A stretch of 48,991 nt of DNA, taken from IMG/VR virus record IMGVR_UViG_3300017658_000264, positions 1 through 48,991 of that record; one strand, 5' to 3'. Below the pieces are notes generated by a model. It did no database searches. It worked only from the letters and a program-made list of their open reading frames with translations, and had not been told where the DNA came from. Origin of the DNA: a virus. Its lineage: Duplodnaviria > Caudoviricetes. This document shows, in pieces, positions 35,538-45,522 of the stretch. The stretch's first letter is position 1, and every line of letters starts with the position of its first letter. The position numbers were made by a program, and so were the translations under genes.

Positions 35538-35610
35538 TAAAACGACCGCACAAGAGGGGCCTAATCCTCAGGTGCGGTCTAACCGAAACCAATCTTTCGA
35601 GGAGATTGAT

Positions 35611-35787
35611 ATGGCTACCCGCCGTATACCCCTTTCTGCGCTCATCCGAAACCCTCTGGTCGCCGACGCCTTCCGCCGCGCTGAACGTGATGGCGGCTCG
35701 GCTTTCGCCGTCCCGGCTCCGAAGTCCCCGGTTCTGACCGGCGGCGAGGCGCTGACCCTTGAAACCGCGACGATGGGGAATGCGTGA
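35611..35787 (+). CDS. small hypothetical protein
   Basis: GAGGAG RBS before MATRRIP. Confidence 0.55.
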   Translation: MATRRIPLSALIRNPLVADAFRRAERDGGSAFAVPAPKSPVLTGGEALTLETATMGNA

Positions 35788-36149
35788 TGGACCGTCGCAC
35801 TTTCATGAAGGGAGCCGCAATCGCGGTATCCACGCCGGCAGCCATTGGTGCCGTCGCCACGCTGGAAATCGATCTTCTGATCCGCCGTTTCTATGCCGAC
35901 AAGGAAGCATGGAGCGCGATGGCTGATGAAGACGGTGATCTTATCGCGGACGGCCCGGAATACGAAAACTCGTGGGCATCGTGCAAGAACCTGATCCGCT
36001 ATCAGTGCCGGACGGAAGAGGACGTCCGCCGCAAGGTAACGGCGATCCTCGAAAACGGCTGGCTGGAAGAAACTGCGGAAATCGGCTTCGGCGATGAGCC
36101 TTTCCACTTCCGCGACTTCCTCAAGACGCTGATCGTCCCGGCGGCGTAG
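35787..36149 (+). CDS. hypothetical protein with RR-type leader
   Basis: MDRRTFMKGAA leader; coupled ORF. Confidence 0.6.
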   Translation: MDRRTFMKGAAIAVSTPAAIGAVATLEIDLLIRRFYADKEAWSAMADEDGDLIADGPEYENSWASCKNLIRYQCRTEEDVRRKVTAILENGWLEETAEIGFGDEPFHFRDFLKTLIVPAA

Positions 36150-36311
36150 TCCGAAGTTGAATGGTTAACGGAAATTAAGAATTGGGCGGCATTGTCGCCT
36201 GATCCGTGACGGCGGGGTTTGGCAACGACTCCGATGCCCCGCTGTCACGACCACCGGCCATCGTTTCCGCGATGGCTAGCTCCACTGCCTACGCACAGAA
36301 GGAAATAGGCA

Positions 36312-37103
36312 ATGACAAGCGCACAGATGACACCGATGAATGCCGAGCGCAATCCCGTCGTCTTCACGAAGGACGGTGAGGTCTTCGCCAATAGCCGCGA
36401 CGTCGGCGCGTTCTTCGACAAGCGGCACGATAATGTCATGCAGACAATCGACGGCCTTATCCAGCAGGAGCCGAAATTGCGTCTCCTGAATTTTAAGGAG
36501 ACGGTCAGCGAGCGCCCGAACCCGAGCGGCGGCGCGCCGATCCGGTCCCGCTCCTACGATATGGACCGCGACGGCTTCACCCTTCTCGCTATGGGCTTCA
36601 CCGGCGGCAAGGCCCTGAAATGGAAGCTGCGCTATATCGAAGCCTTCAACGCCATGGAGGCCGAGCTTCGCCGGATTGCGAACAGCGGTCCGACCGTCGA
36701 TCTCAACGACCCCGGCGCGCTTCGCGGCCTTCTGCTCACCTACAGCGAAAAGGCGCTGGAACTGGAAAAGCAGGTCAAGGAGCTTCTGCCGTCGCAGGAA
36801 GCCTTGCAGCGGCTTTCGGAGGCGGATGGCTCGCTTTGCATCACCGACGCCGCAAAGGCACTCCAGATGCGCCCGAGCGACCTTTTCAACTGGCTCCGCC
36901 AGAACGGCTGGATCTACAAGCGGGTGGGGGCGTCTCATGACCTCGGCTATTCGTCCAAGACACAATCCGGTCTGCTGGAGCACAAGGTCACGACGGTTCT
37001 CCGCGCTGACGGCTCCGAAAAGGTCACGGAACAGGTCCGCGTGACGGCCAAGGGCCTGACGAAGCTGGCGCAGTTGATCAAGCCGGCGCTGACCGAAGCG
37101 TAA
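36312..37103 (+). CDS. Rha-family N-domain plus ANT/KilAC antirepressor
   Basis: SRDV...F.KRH.NV, RDGFTLLAMGFTG.KA..WK..YI.AFN.ME; C-terminal AK.L...LF.WL...GW...VT.KGL. Confidence 0.9.
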   Translation: MTSAQMTPMNAERNPVVFTKDGEVFANSRDVGAFFDKRHDNVMQTIDGLIQQEPKLRLLNFKETVSERPNPSGGAPIRSRSYDMDRDGFTLLAMGFTGGKALKWKLRYIEAFNAMEAELRRIANSGPTVDLNDPGALRGLLLTYSEKALELEKQVKELLPSQEALQRLSEADGSLCITDAAKALQMRPSDLFNWLRQNGWIYKRVGASHDLGYSSKTQSGLLEHKVTTVLRADGSEKVTEQVRVTAKGLTKLAQLIKPALTEA

Positions 37104-37129
37104 TCAGCGATCATCGCAAGACAATATTT

Positions 37130-37156
37130 AAGGCTCTCTTTGGAGAGCCTTTTTCT
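37130..37156 (+). terminator. intrinsic terminator after the antirepressor gene
   Basis: AAGGCTCTC-TTTG-GAGAGCCTT followed by TTT. Confidence 0.75.
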
Positions 37157-37173
37157 ATTGAGGAAACAATAAG

Positions 37174-38889
37174 ATGATCGTTGATGAGTTGGTGGCCGTG
37201 CTTGGCTATGACGTCCGCGGCCAAGACAAATTGCGCGCATTCACCCAGTCGATTGATGACGCTGCGCGGCGCTTAGCAACGTTTGCCGCCGCTGCCGCCA
37301 CGGTCGCCGCCGGCGCCATGGCCGTATTCGGTCGTTCGGTGATCCAGACGTCTGCAAAGTTCGAGAGTTTCCAAGCCACGCTAGAGACGATCGAGGGAAG
37401 CGCGGAGAAGGCGAGGAAGTCTCTCGATTGGGTGACGGACTTCGCAACCCGCACACCCTATGACGTCGGGGAAGTCACCGAGGCGTTCATTCGGATGCGC
37501 GCTTACGGTCTCGATCCCACGAACGGGTCGCTGACGGCGGTGGGTGACGCTGCAAGCGCGATGGGCCGATCCATCATGGACGGCGTTGAGGCTATCGCCG
37601 ACGCGACGACTGGCGAAAACGAACGGCTGAAGGCATTCGGCATCACTACCGCAGTCGCCGGGAAGAAGATCACCTATACGTGGCGCGAGAACGGCAAGGA
37701 GTTCAAAAAGACGCTCGACAAGAACGGCGTCGAGATCGCCAAATTCCTGTCGGAGAATTTCGAGCGCCGTTTCGGCGGCGCGATGGATAAGCAGTCCAAG
37801 ACGTGGAACGGCATGGTTGCCAACCTCGGTGACGTCTGGGAAGGCTTCCAGCGTCGGATTGGCGAGGCGGGGTTCTTCGACGCAGTGAAAGGTCAACTCG
37901 CCAGACTGATGCGGTTCCTCGACCAGTTGGCGCTCGACGGCACCTTAGATAGGTGGGCGACGTCTTGGTCGAAGGCCTTTATCTGGATTACCGATCTGAT
38001 CGCTCGCTTCGGATGGCGCATGGCGGCGCATTGGGGGACGATTGCGGAAATCATCGAGCAGCACAAGGGAACGTGGGAATGGTTGAAGGGAATTCTCTTC
38101 GCCGTTGCCATCCGTCTATGGCCGCTCGGGGCTGCGCTGTTCGCCGCCGCCATCGTCCTCGACGACTTCCTCGGTTATATGCGCGGCGGGAAGTCGGCCA
38201 TAGGAGACTTCATCGACGCGCTGGCCGACTTTCTTGACGCCGACCCGGAAAAGGTCGCCGACGTTCTCGGAAAGATTGCTACGGCCGCTGGCGGTCTTTT
38301 GGCCGCGTCTATCGGTGTTGCTATGTTCGCCGGGGCGTTGCGCAGCCTCGCCTCGGCACTTGGGCTGATGGGCGGGGCCGGTGCCGCGGCTGGCGCTGCG
38401 TCGGTCGGACGGCTTAGCGCGGTCGGCAAGCTCGGCTTGGGGGCGGCCGGAATTTGGGGTTTGGTCGAGCTGCTTAAAGGCGGAAAGGAACACATTCTTT
38501 CCGATCCCGAAGAAGCAGCCAAGGCAACGCCAGAGGCGAATAAGGCCCGCGTGAAGGCCCGTGGTGACGCGATCCGTGGTTGGTGGTCGTCTTTGTTCGG
38601 CGGTTCTGACGGTTCAAGCGGAGCGAATGACGACGGTGGGCGGCAGTCGTCGCTCGACGGGTTCCTCAACTTCCAAAACAACATGGCGAAGATGGGCGGC
38701 AATGCTGCAGCGTCTACCGTCGTCAACGATAACAGCGACCGCAGTATCAACGTCAAGGCAACGGCAAGCGTCTCCGTGACGGAGATCAACCAGGCTGCCG
38801 CCGCGGCGGGTCGAGAAACGGAGAACGCGATTCGCGATGCTCTCTCCGGCGCCGGAAAGGCGCGTATCGTAAACGGCGGGCCGCGCTGA
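37174..38889 (+). CDS. tape measure protein
   Basis: FA..TPY, A.GDA.S, GE.ERLK.FG and TW.G...NL.D motifs; Ala/Gly-rich with hydrophobic segments. Confidence 0.9.
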   Translation: MIVDELVAVLGYDVRGQDKLRAFTQSIDDAARRLATFAAAAATVAAGAMAVFGRSVIQTSAKFESFQATLETIEGSAEKARKSLDWVTDFATRTPYDVGEVTEAFIRMRAYGLDPTNGSLTAVGDAASAMGRSIMDGVEAIADATTGENERLKAFGITTAVAGKKITYTWRENGKEFKKTLDKNGVEIAKFLSENFERRFGGAMDKQSKTWNGMVANLGDVWEGFQRRIGEAGFFDAVKGQLARLMRFLDQLALDGTLDRWATSWSKAFIWITDLIARFGWRMAAHWGTIAEIIEQHKGTWEWLKGILFAVAIRLWPLGAALFAAAIVLDDFLGYMRGGKSAIGDFIDALADFLDADPEKVADVLGKIATAAGGLLAASIGVAMFAGALRSLASALGLMGGAGAAAGAASVGRLSAVGKLGLGAAGIWGLVELLKGGKEHILSDPEEAAKATPEANKARVKARGDAIRGWWSSLFGGSDGSSGANDDGGRQSSLDGFLNFQNNMAKMGGNAAASTVVNDNSDRSINVKATASVSVTEINQAAAAAGRETENAIRDALSGAGKARIVNGGPR

Positions 38890-39461
38890 TGTCCTCTATC
38901 ATTGCTTTTTCAACGGCAATCGGGCCGGTCCCGCTCGATTGTGTTATCTCGGAAAAACCCAGCTCCGAGTTGGAAATCACCGAGATTGCCATCGAAACCG
39001 GCGCGCGCATAACTGATCATGCGGTTGTCCTGCCGAAAAAGGTAGGATTGGACGTAGCAAGCGGAAATGCTGCCGCAACCTTTGCCGCCCTCGTGGCCTT
39101 TCAGGAAAGCCGGGTTCCCTTCACCCTCGTCACCGGCTTGAAGGTTTTCCCGAATATGTTGGTGAAAGCCATCTATCCTGAAAGGGACGCGGGCTTTTCG
39201 TCCGTCTTCCGCGGGAGGGTCGAGCTTCAGGAGGCTATAATCGTTGCGACCGCCTATGCAGCGGATCCCGGCGGCGACAACAGCGAACGCGGGAAGCCTG
39301 GCGGCAAGAAAAGCACGCGTGCAGCGCCGGCCACCTCTGAGCGGGCTAAGGGCGGGGCAACGCCGGATCGCGCCTCTCAAACGGAAATGCGCGGCGACAC
39401 GGGCGTAAGCACCGCAACACCTGAGGACAGGTCTTTCTTGTCGAGCTGGTGGGGCAACTGA
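38889..39461 (+). CDS. baseplate/tail tube initiator protein
   Basis: IETGA.ITDHA and PFT.VTG...F.NM motifs. Confidence 0.7.
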   Translation: MSSIIAFSTAIGPVPLDCVISEKPSSELEITEIAIETGARITDHAVVLPKKVGLDVASGNAAATFAALVAFQESRVPFTLVTGLKVFPNMLVKAIYPERDAGFSSVFRGRVELQEAIIVATAYAADPGGDNSERGKPGGKKSTRAAPATSERAKGGATPDRASQTEMRGDTGVSTATPEDRSFLSSWWGN

Positions 39462-39775
39462 TGGAAGTGTTTCGCATCATCGACGCTGCCGATCAGCAGT
39501 TCGGCACGATCATCAACGGCCGGCGGGTGACAATCCGGCTACGGTATAACCCGGCTTCTGAGCGCTGGAGCTTCGACCTCGCCATTGATGATCAGCCTGT
39601 CCTCGTAGGGCGGCGGATCGTTACGGGCGTGGACCTGCTCGCGCCGTTCAACTTCGATCTCGGGGTCATCGTCGCACTGGCTGTAACCCCAAACGCAAAC
39701 CCAGATCGGCGGGCGCTGCCGGCAGGGACAGTCAAGCTATTCCACGCGTCAGAGGCTGAGCTGACGGAGGCATAA
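39461..39775 (+). CDS. baseplate protein
   Basis: LRYN....W..D and G..IV.G.DLL motifs. Confidence 0.7.
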   Translation: MEVFRIIDAADQQFGTIINGRRVTIRLRYNPASERWSFDLAIDDQPVLVGRRIVTGVDLLAPFNFDLGVIVALAVTPNANPDRRALPAGTVKLFHASEAELTEA

Positions 39776-40659
39776 TGCGGCAGTATCTCCGGAAAGTCAG
39801 AGCGGTCCTCGGCGGGAACGTCATTATCAACCCCGGTCCCGTGTCGCTCCATGAAATGAAGATCGAATTCACGATCACGAAAAGCATATCCAGCGCTCAA
39901 AACGCGGCAGAGATCAAAATCTATAACCTCGCCGAAAAGACGCGGAATTCGATTGGCAAGGAGTTGGACAGCATCACCTTGTCGGCCGGGTACATGCCGC
40001 CGGGCGAGGCTGGGAACGTCGGTATCATCTTCAAAGGCGCGATCCGTGACGTAGAGCATCGGCGAGAAGGAACGAACATCATCACCATCATTTCGTGCGG
40101 CGATGGTGATGCTGCCTTCCGCAGGGCGACGATCAGCAAGAGCTATCCGGCCGGCACGCCCGTCAAAGACGTGATCGACGATATCGCCAAAGAGTTGGAG
40201 GCGAAGGGCCTCAGCCGGGGGGAGGTGAAGCTACCGGAAGCGGTGGAGAAGAAAACCTTCAAGCGGCCATACGTGGCGTGCGGCTCTTGCGTTCGGGAAA
40301 TGGACACTATCAGCCGCGGCAACGGGTTCTATTGGGGGTCGCAAAACGAAACCTTGGAAATCGTGCCGAGTGACGGCTTTGTCGGCACGGTGGCGCTGAT
40401 CACACCGGAAACGGGCATGATCGGCACGCCAGCACTCACGGATAATGGTGTCCGCGTGTCGGCCCTCCTCAATCCCGAGGTGAGGCCAAACCGCCGCGTC
40501 CAATTGAAGAGCGATACCTTAGAGATGAACGCCCAGGACGGGATGTACCGCGTCTCCACCTGCACTTACTCAGGCGACAATTATGACGGGGATTTCAAGA
40601 TCGAGATCACCGGGGAAGCGATCAAGAGCGGGAAAGTTGACGAAGGAGTGAAACCCTGA
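39775..40659 (+). CDS. baseplate hub protein
   Basis: N.A.I.IYNL, L.AGY, IF.G.I, GMIG.P and LLNP motifs. Confidence 0.8.
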   Translation: MRQYLRKVRAVLGGNVIINPGPVSLHEMKIEFTITKSISSAQNAAEIKIYNLAEKTRNSIGKELDSITLSAGYMPPGEAGNVGIIFKGAIRDVEHRREGTNIITIISCGDGDAAFRRATISKSYPAGTPVKDVIDDIAKELEAKGLSRGEVKLPEAVEKKTFKRPYVACGSCVREMDTISRGNGFYWGSQNETLEIVPSDGFVGTVALITPETGMIGTPALTDNGVRVSALLNPEVRPNRRVQLKSDTLEMNAQDGMYRVSTCTYSGDNYDGDFKIEITGEAIKSGKVDEGVKP

Positions 40660-41321
40660 TGCCGGGCTACACTGGGAAAACAACCAACGCGCCGGCCGAT
40701 GTGATCGGCACCTATGCGCAGGAGGAAACGGCAAGCATGTGGGGGCCGATCCCCGGCGTTACGGTTGGTGCGTGGAACGGACGAACGGTCAATGTGCAGC
40801 CTCTATATAAGCCGGTCGTCAACGGTCAGAAGCTGGATATGCCGGTTCTCTATGATGTTCCGGTTGACCAGCCGATGACCGGCAACGGCGGGATGACGTT
40901 TCCGATCCCCGCGGGGACGCCTGTCATGCTCACACCGCAAATGCGAGCCTTGGACGACTTCGAGGAAGGCGGGGAGGCCTCGGCCTACGACGCTCGGCAA
41001 TTCCACCCATCGACCATGCGGGCGAGCCTGTCGGGTGGGGAAAGCCTGTCCCAGAACATTCCGGACATCGATCTGGAGAATTTCCACCTCCGTTTCAACG
41101 CCGATGGTTCATTCGGCCTCAAGGGCTCGGCAGACGGAAAATTCCAACTGACGGGTGCCGAGGGCGAGATTTTCGACATCTTGGCATCTGCCATCGAAAA
41201 GGACGCCGAGGGCTTCCAGTTGCTCAGCACTGAGCCCGAGCTGGTCCATACGGGCGAATACGCTTCCATCTCTGCGGACCTTGCAGCGCTGGCGGCGAAA
41301 GTCCGAGGGATGATGATCTGA
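40659..41321 (+). CDS. baseplate spike (Gp138/gpV-like)
   Basis: VNVQPL, DVPV..P..G and TFPI..G motifs. Confidence 0.7.
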   Translation: MPGYTGKTTNAPADVIGTYAQEETASMWGPIPGVTVGAWNGRTVNVQPLYKPVVNGQKLDMPVLYDVPVDQPMTGNGGMTFPIPAGTPVMLTPQMRALDDFEEGGEASAYDARQFHPSTMRASLSGGESLSQNIPDIDLENFHLRFNADGSFGLKGSADGKFQLTGAEGEIFDILASAIEKDAEGFQLLSTEPELVHTGEYASISADLAALAAKVRGMMI

Positions 41322-41686
41322 TGACAGCAGTTCGTATCGGCCTTGCTCTGGACGAGGCCACCAATGACCTATTCCTCCGGGATGATGGCTCCCTCGCCGT
41401 TGTCACGGATGCTGAAGCGGTTGGTCAGCATGGGCGCCAGCGCCTTCAGACCTATTCCGGTGAGTGGTTTCTTGACACGACCTGCGGCGTCCCGTGGCTC
41501 GATCAGATCCTCGGCAAGGGATATGACCCCGCGCTCGCCGAAAGCGTCGTGAAGGCTCACCTGCTCGATACGGACGGGATCGAGGAAATCACCTCGTTCT
41601 CGGTCGGGTTCGACAAAGCAACGCGCGGGCTCCTGATCCGCGAAATCAATGTTCTGACGATGTTCGATGAGGAAATAAGCGTATGA
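41321..41686 (+). CDS. baseplate wedge/sheath initiator (gp25-like)
   Basis: RL....GEWFLD...G.PW. Confidence 0.8.
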   Translation: MTAVRIGLALDEATNDLFLRDDGSLAVVTDAEAVGQHGRQRLQTYSGEWFLDTTCGVPWLDQILGKGYDPALAESVVKAHLLDTDGIEEITSFSVGFDKATRGLLIREINVLTMFDEEISV

Positions 41687-42573
41687 CCTCGTATGGCGTA
41701 GTCCCGGAAGGCTTCTCTCGCAAGCCGCTGACCCTCGTTCTTGCCGAGATCGAGGCCGCGCTGATTACCGAGTTCGGCCCGGGCGTGATCCAGACGGCAC
41801 AGTCTCCGCTCGGGCAGATCAACGGCTTGATGGCCGAGATCATCACGAAGCTCTGGGAACAGGCGGAGGACGTTTACCAGTCATACGATCCCGATCAGGC
41901 GGAAGGCGTTCGGCTCGATACCCTTGGCAGCATCCGTCTTATCGGGCGCGGCACGGCGACCGACGAGGAATACCGGCGCGCCATCACCAATGCAGGGCAG
42001 GCCCGTATCGATCTGCAAGACATCAACCGAGCTATCGCGGCTCTCGACGGCGTGACCTATTCCCATGTCTGGGTAAACGATACTGGCGAGGTTGACGAGA
42101 ACGGCATGCCTGCCGGATCGATCTGTGTCGCCGTGACGGGCGGGGATGGGGAGGAAATCGCACAAGCAATCCGGCAGTACATCGTCCCGGGAGTTACGAT
42201 CTTCGGGACTGAGATCGTAGAAAGCGTGATCGACGGCTATTGCCGGTCGTTCCGTATTCTTCGACCGATCGATGTTCCGGTTGAATTGACGATCGCCGTT
42301 CGCACGCGCCGCGATGGTCTCGGCTGCCCGCCGCCTGCTGCTTCGGCGATTAAGGCGGCATTCCTTACTTCCGTCTACCTTCTTAACGGAGAGGACGTTT
42401 CCTACTATCGCGTCCGATCCATCATCGAAAGCCTGTTCTCGAACGTGGAGGTGGTCTCGATCAACGGGCAGCGCGACGGGATTTCTCAGGGCGACAACCA
42501 AGATGTCGACATTGCGTTCATCGAGCGGGCATCGCTGGCCGCTGACGACATTACGGTGACGGTGACGGCATGA
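41683..42573 (+). CDS. baseplate J-like protein
   Basis: A.G..LD, TDEEYR, N.T...D.NG.P..SI...V.GG motifs. Confidence 0.8.
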   Translation: MTSYGVVPEGFSRKPLTLVLAEIEAALITEFGPGVIQTAQSPLGQINGLMAEIITKLWEQAEDVYQSYDPDQAEGVRLDTLGSIRLIGRGTATDEEYRRAITNAGQARIDLQDINRAIAALDGVTYSHVWVNDTGEVDENGMPAGSICVAVTGGDGEEIAQAIRQYIVPGVTIFGTEIVESVIDGYCRSFRILRPIDVPVELTIAVRTRRDGLGCPPPAASAIKAAFLTSVYLLNGEDVSYYRVRSIIESLFSNVEVVSINGQRDGISQGDNQDVDIAFIERASLAADDITVTVTA

Positions 42574-43370
42574 GCTGCGTTGATATCGAGGAACTTGTCG
42601 AACAAGGCCTATCGAAGGTCCTGACGCAATATCGCGAAAGTCCTCGGCTCCTTTTCATGATCGCAACCTACATGCGGAAGGTGGCAGAGGTTCACGCGGC
42701 GATCTGCGACCTGCCGAGCTACTTCGACCTGCAAACGGCAGTTGGGGACCAGTTGACGCTCATCGGCAAGCGCATGGGTTTCCCGCGCTGTCATTGCGTA
42801 TGCGACATTTCTCCCGTCTACGGCTTCGCTTGCGACGGTGTTCCAACCGACCGCCCTATCATCGGTCCCTGCGAGGTGGGTTCGTGGGAAGGCTGCGGCG
42901 AGGACGGCATTTCGGAGATATGTATCGACGACGACGAGATGTACCGGAAGCTGCTCATAGCGCGCTCCTACCAGATGCAATCGCGGTACAGTCTTGCAGA
43001 CCTAACCGCAGCTCTTCAGGCAATCTATGGCGAGCAAGCGGCGGTTCTCGATGCTGGCAACGGACGTGTGGTCCTCGCGCCATTCCGCGAACTCAGCGAG
43101 GCCGAGACGGCCATACTGCAGATCGTGCCGCGCGCCCTGCCTCTCGCGCCCGGCATCGTGTCCCGCTGGCATTTCGGAACGCGCATCGTCGCAGGGTTTG
43201 GGGAGGGATGGGGCTCTGCCTGCGAGGAATGGGAACCGGAAGGTCTCCCGCTTGCTACCGAGTCCGGCGATATCCTCGTTACCGAAGACGGTGAGGAAAT
43301 ATGGACCGGCCCGCTCACCCAAGGCGCCGACATGATGTGCGAGTTGGACGTCAAACCTTATAGTTGCTGA
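42570..43370 (+). CDS. baseplate wedge protein (DUF2612-like)
   Basis: LTQYRESP, FD..TAVG.QL..IG and DD..YR motifs. Confidence 0.8.
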   Translation: MSCVDIEELVEQGLSKVLTQYRESPRLLFMIATYMRKVAEVHAAICDLPSYFDLQTAVGDQLTLIGKRMGFPRCHCVCDISPVYGFACDGVPTDRPIIGPCEVGSWEGCGEDGISEICIDDDEMYRKLLIARSYQMQSRYSLADLTAALQAIYGEQAAVLDAGNGRVVLAPFRELSEAETAILQIVPRALPLAPGIVSRWHFGTRIVAGFGEGWGSACEEWEPEGLPLATESGDILVTEDGEEIWTGPLTQGADMMCELDVKPYSC

Positions 43371-43385
43371 CAAGGAACACCTAAA

Positions 43386-44318
43386 ATGGCTGATTTTGAT
43401 CCCCCGTTCGCATGGGATGGCGAGCGGCGCGTACCTACTGCTGACGAAATTCAGAGCGGCATCGGCTGTGGACCGTTCAGCCTACCCATGTGGAACTGGC
43501 TGTTCTGGTCGCTCTGGTCGGAACTTGGCGAGGTCATCACCCATGCCGGGTTGACTCCCGACAATGGCGACATGACGCAAGTGCGTCAGGCTATTCAGGC
43601 GATGATCGATGCTTCCACCGGAGGCGGTGATACCGAGAGTTACCTGACGCTGCTTCAGGCTTCGGCACGCCTGCCGATCTTCCCAGAGGTGCAGAACGAT
43701 AACGGACATTTCGGCGTCACGACGCCGGGAACCGGCCAGGTGCGCGTCCCGGCCGGGGTCAATTTCCTGCATCGCGGGATATCGCCCTATACGACTACGC
43801 AGACCGATCTCGCGACGGATGCCAGCAAGACGTATCACCTTCGCTGGAACAAGGTGGATGGATTCGCTCTCAAGGATTTGGCATCCGGCGTGTACAACCC
43901 CAGCACTCTTTCGGAAGACAACGCGTCATTTGACAGCACGTTTGACGACATGCTCGTGGCGCGCGTCATTACCAACTCCAGCAACGTGCCGACGATTACT
44001 AATCTGGTCAATCGTGATCGGCTGATGCTGAACGCACCGATGACGGCCGGCGCCGTCGTTAGCCCCGGTCTCAATGAAGCGAGGTGCACGCAAGCTCTTA
44101 ACTATGGTTGGGCCCGCACGCCAAAACAGAAGGGCTTCACCCGCGTGTTTATCGAAATGGCGAACACGGCATATGTGGACGGGGATGAGTTTATTTACAC
44201 GTCTTATCCGGGGACGCCGGCCATCGATATTCCAGCCACGCGCTATGCGATGAACTTCATCTATGTCGTCGACATGATGGCTATGCCGGCGCGATTGATC
44301 GCGTCGATTGGAGCTTGA
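43386..44318 (+). CDS. tail fibre/baseplate-attached protein
   Basis: WNWLF...EL..VI..AG.TP...D.TQ..QAI anchor motif. Confidence 0.75.
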   Translation: MADFDPPFAWDGERRVPTADEIQSGIGCGPFSLPMWNWLFWSLWSELGEVITHAGLTPDNGDMTQVRQAIQAMIDASTGGGDTESYLTLLQASARLPIFPEVQNDNGHFGVTTPGTGQVRVPAGVNFLHRGISPYTTTQTDLATDASKTYHLRWNKVDGFALKDLASGVYNPSTLSEDNASFDSTFDDMLVARVITNSSNVPTITNLVNRDRLMLNAPMTAGAVVSPGLNEARCTQALNYGWARTPKQKGFTRVFIEMANTAYVDGDEFIYTSYPGTPAIDIPATRYAMNFIYVVDMMAMPARLIASIGA

Positions 44319-44322
44319 TGCC

Positions 44323-45426
44323 ATGGCTATTCGCATCGACGCCCTAAATCCGACAGTTCTACCTAGCCGGGACTATGTACTCCCGGCAATGAAGGACGGG
44401 CTCACGGTTAAGCTCACCGTAGGGCAGATACTCGATATCTTGATCGGGTTGGCACCTGAAACGCTCGATACGCTGGAAGAGATTGCCGCATGGATCGATG
44501 AGCATGAAGACGCCTACGAGGCTTTGCTTGTCGCTCTCGCGCAGAAGGCAGACGCGAACGTGTCTGTGCGGGTCGATGCCGCGCAATCCTTCACTGCGGC
44601 ACAGCAGGCGCAGGCCAGAACGAATATCAGCGCGGCGCTCAAGGGGCACCTCTACGGCCTGACGCTCTCCAACAACGTCTCGGACGCCGCCAACGATATC
44701 GACATTGCAGCAGGCGAGGCGGCAAGCACGGAGATCGACTCTGTTCTTATGGTCCTCGCGTCCGCGCTAACCAAGCGGCTTGATGCGGCTTGGGCAGTCG
44801 GATCGGGAAACGGCGGCCTCGACACGGGATCGGTCGGCAACAACATCTACTATGTCTGGCTTATCCAGCGGTCGGACACGGGCGTCGTCGACGTGCTGTT
44901 CTCGCTGTCCAAAACCTCGCCGACCATGCCGACGAACTACGACCGTAAGGCACTCATCGGATCGTTTGCTAGGGTGTCGGGGGCGAATAATGTCCCGCGG
45001 TCGTACAGCCAGAAGGAGGTCGGCCCGTGGGTGGCGTATACACCGACTATAGTGGGTTTGGGGACCCCAACGCAGGTGTTGATCTATTCGCGTCGCAACG
45101 GGCCGGATCTGGAAGTAAGGGGGCAACTTACGTCGGGCGTATCAACGGTGACCACGTTGTCGATCTCGCTTGGCGTCGATGGCGTTAATGGTGGGCTCAC
45201 TGTTTCCTCCATCTTCAACGGTCGCTACCTCGTCGGGACAGCGGCCCGGTCGGCCGTAGGGGCAGAATCCTACACCGTATTGGCCACCGACGGACAAGCC
45301 GGACTGAACTTCGGCGTTCAAAGCTCCGGGCGAGGTGGGACAACTACCGTCAGCGGCAGCACAATACTGACGTCAGGCGACGTCCTGCTGTTCAATGCCT
45401 CCGTACCAATCCAAGGGTGGAACTGA
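44323..45426 (+). CDS. tail fibre/receptor-binding protein
   Basis: APETLDTLEEIA and QQAQARTNI fibre motifs; beta-rich C-terminus. Confidence 0.8.
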   Translation: MAIRIDALNPTVLPSRDYVLPAMKDGLTVKLTVGQILDILIGLAPETLDTLEEIAAWIDEHEDAYEALLVALAQKADANVSVRVDAAQSFTAAQQAQARTNISAALKGHLYGLTLSNNVSDAANDIDIAAGEAASTEIDSVLMVLASALTKRLDAAWAVGSGNGGLDTGSVGNNIYYVWLIQRSDTGVVDVLFSLSKTSPTMPTNYDRKALIGSFARVSGANNVPRSYSQKEVGPWVAYTPTIVGLGTPTQVLIYSRRNGPDLEVRGQLTSGVSTVTTLSISLGVDGVNGGLTVSSIFNGRYLVGTAARSAVGAESYTVLATDGQAGLNFGVQSSGRGGTTTVSGSTILTSGDVLLFNASVPIQGWN

Positions 45427-45522
45427 TGGCCAAGGTGGTCTACCTGAACAACGTATCCAGCCCCCGCGTCAGGCAAGACTATTCGACGGCAGTTAACGTC
45501 ACAGCTTCGGTGAAGCTCTTCG

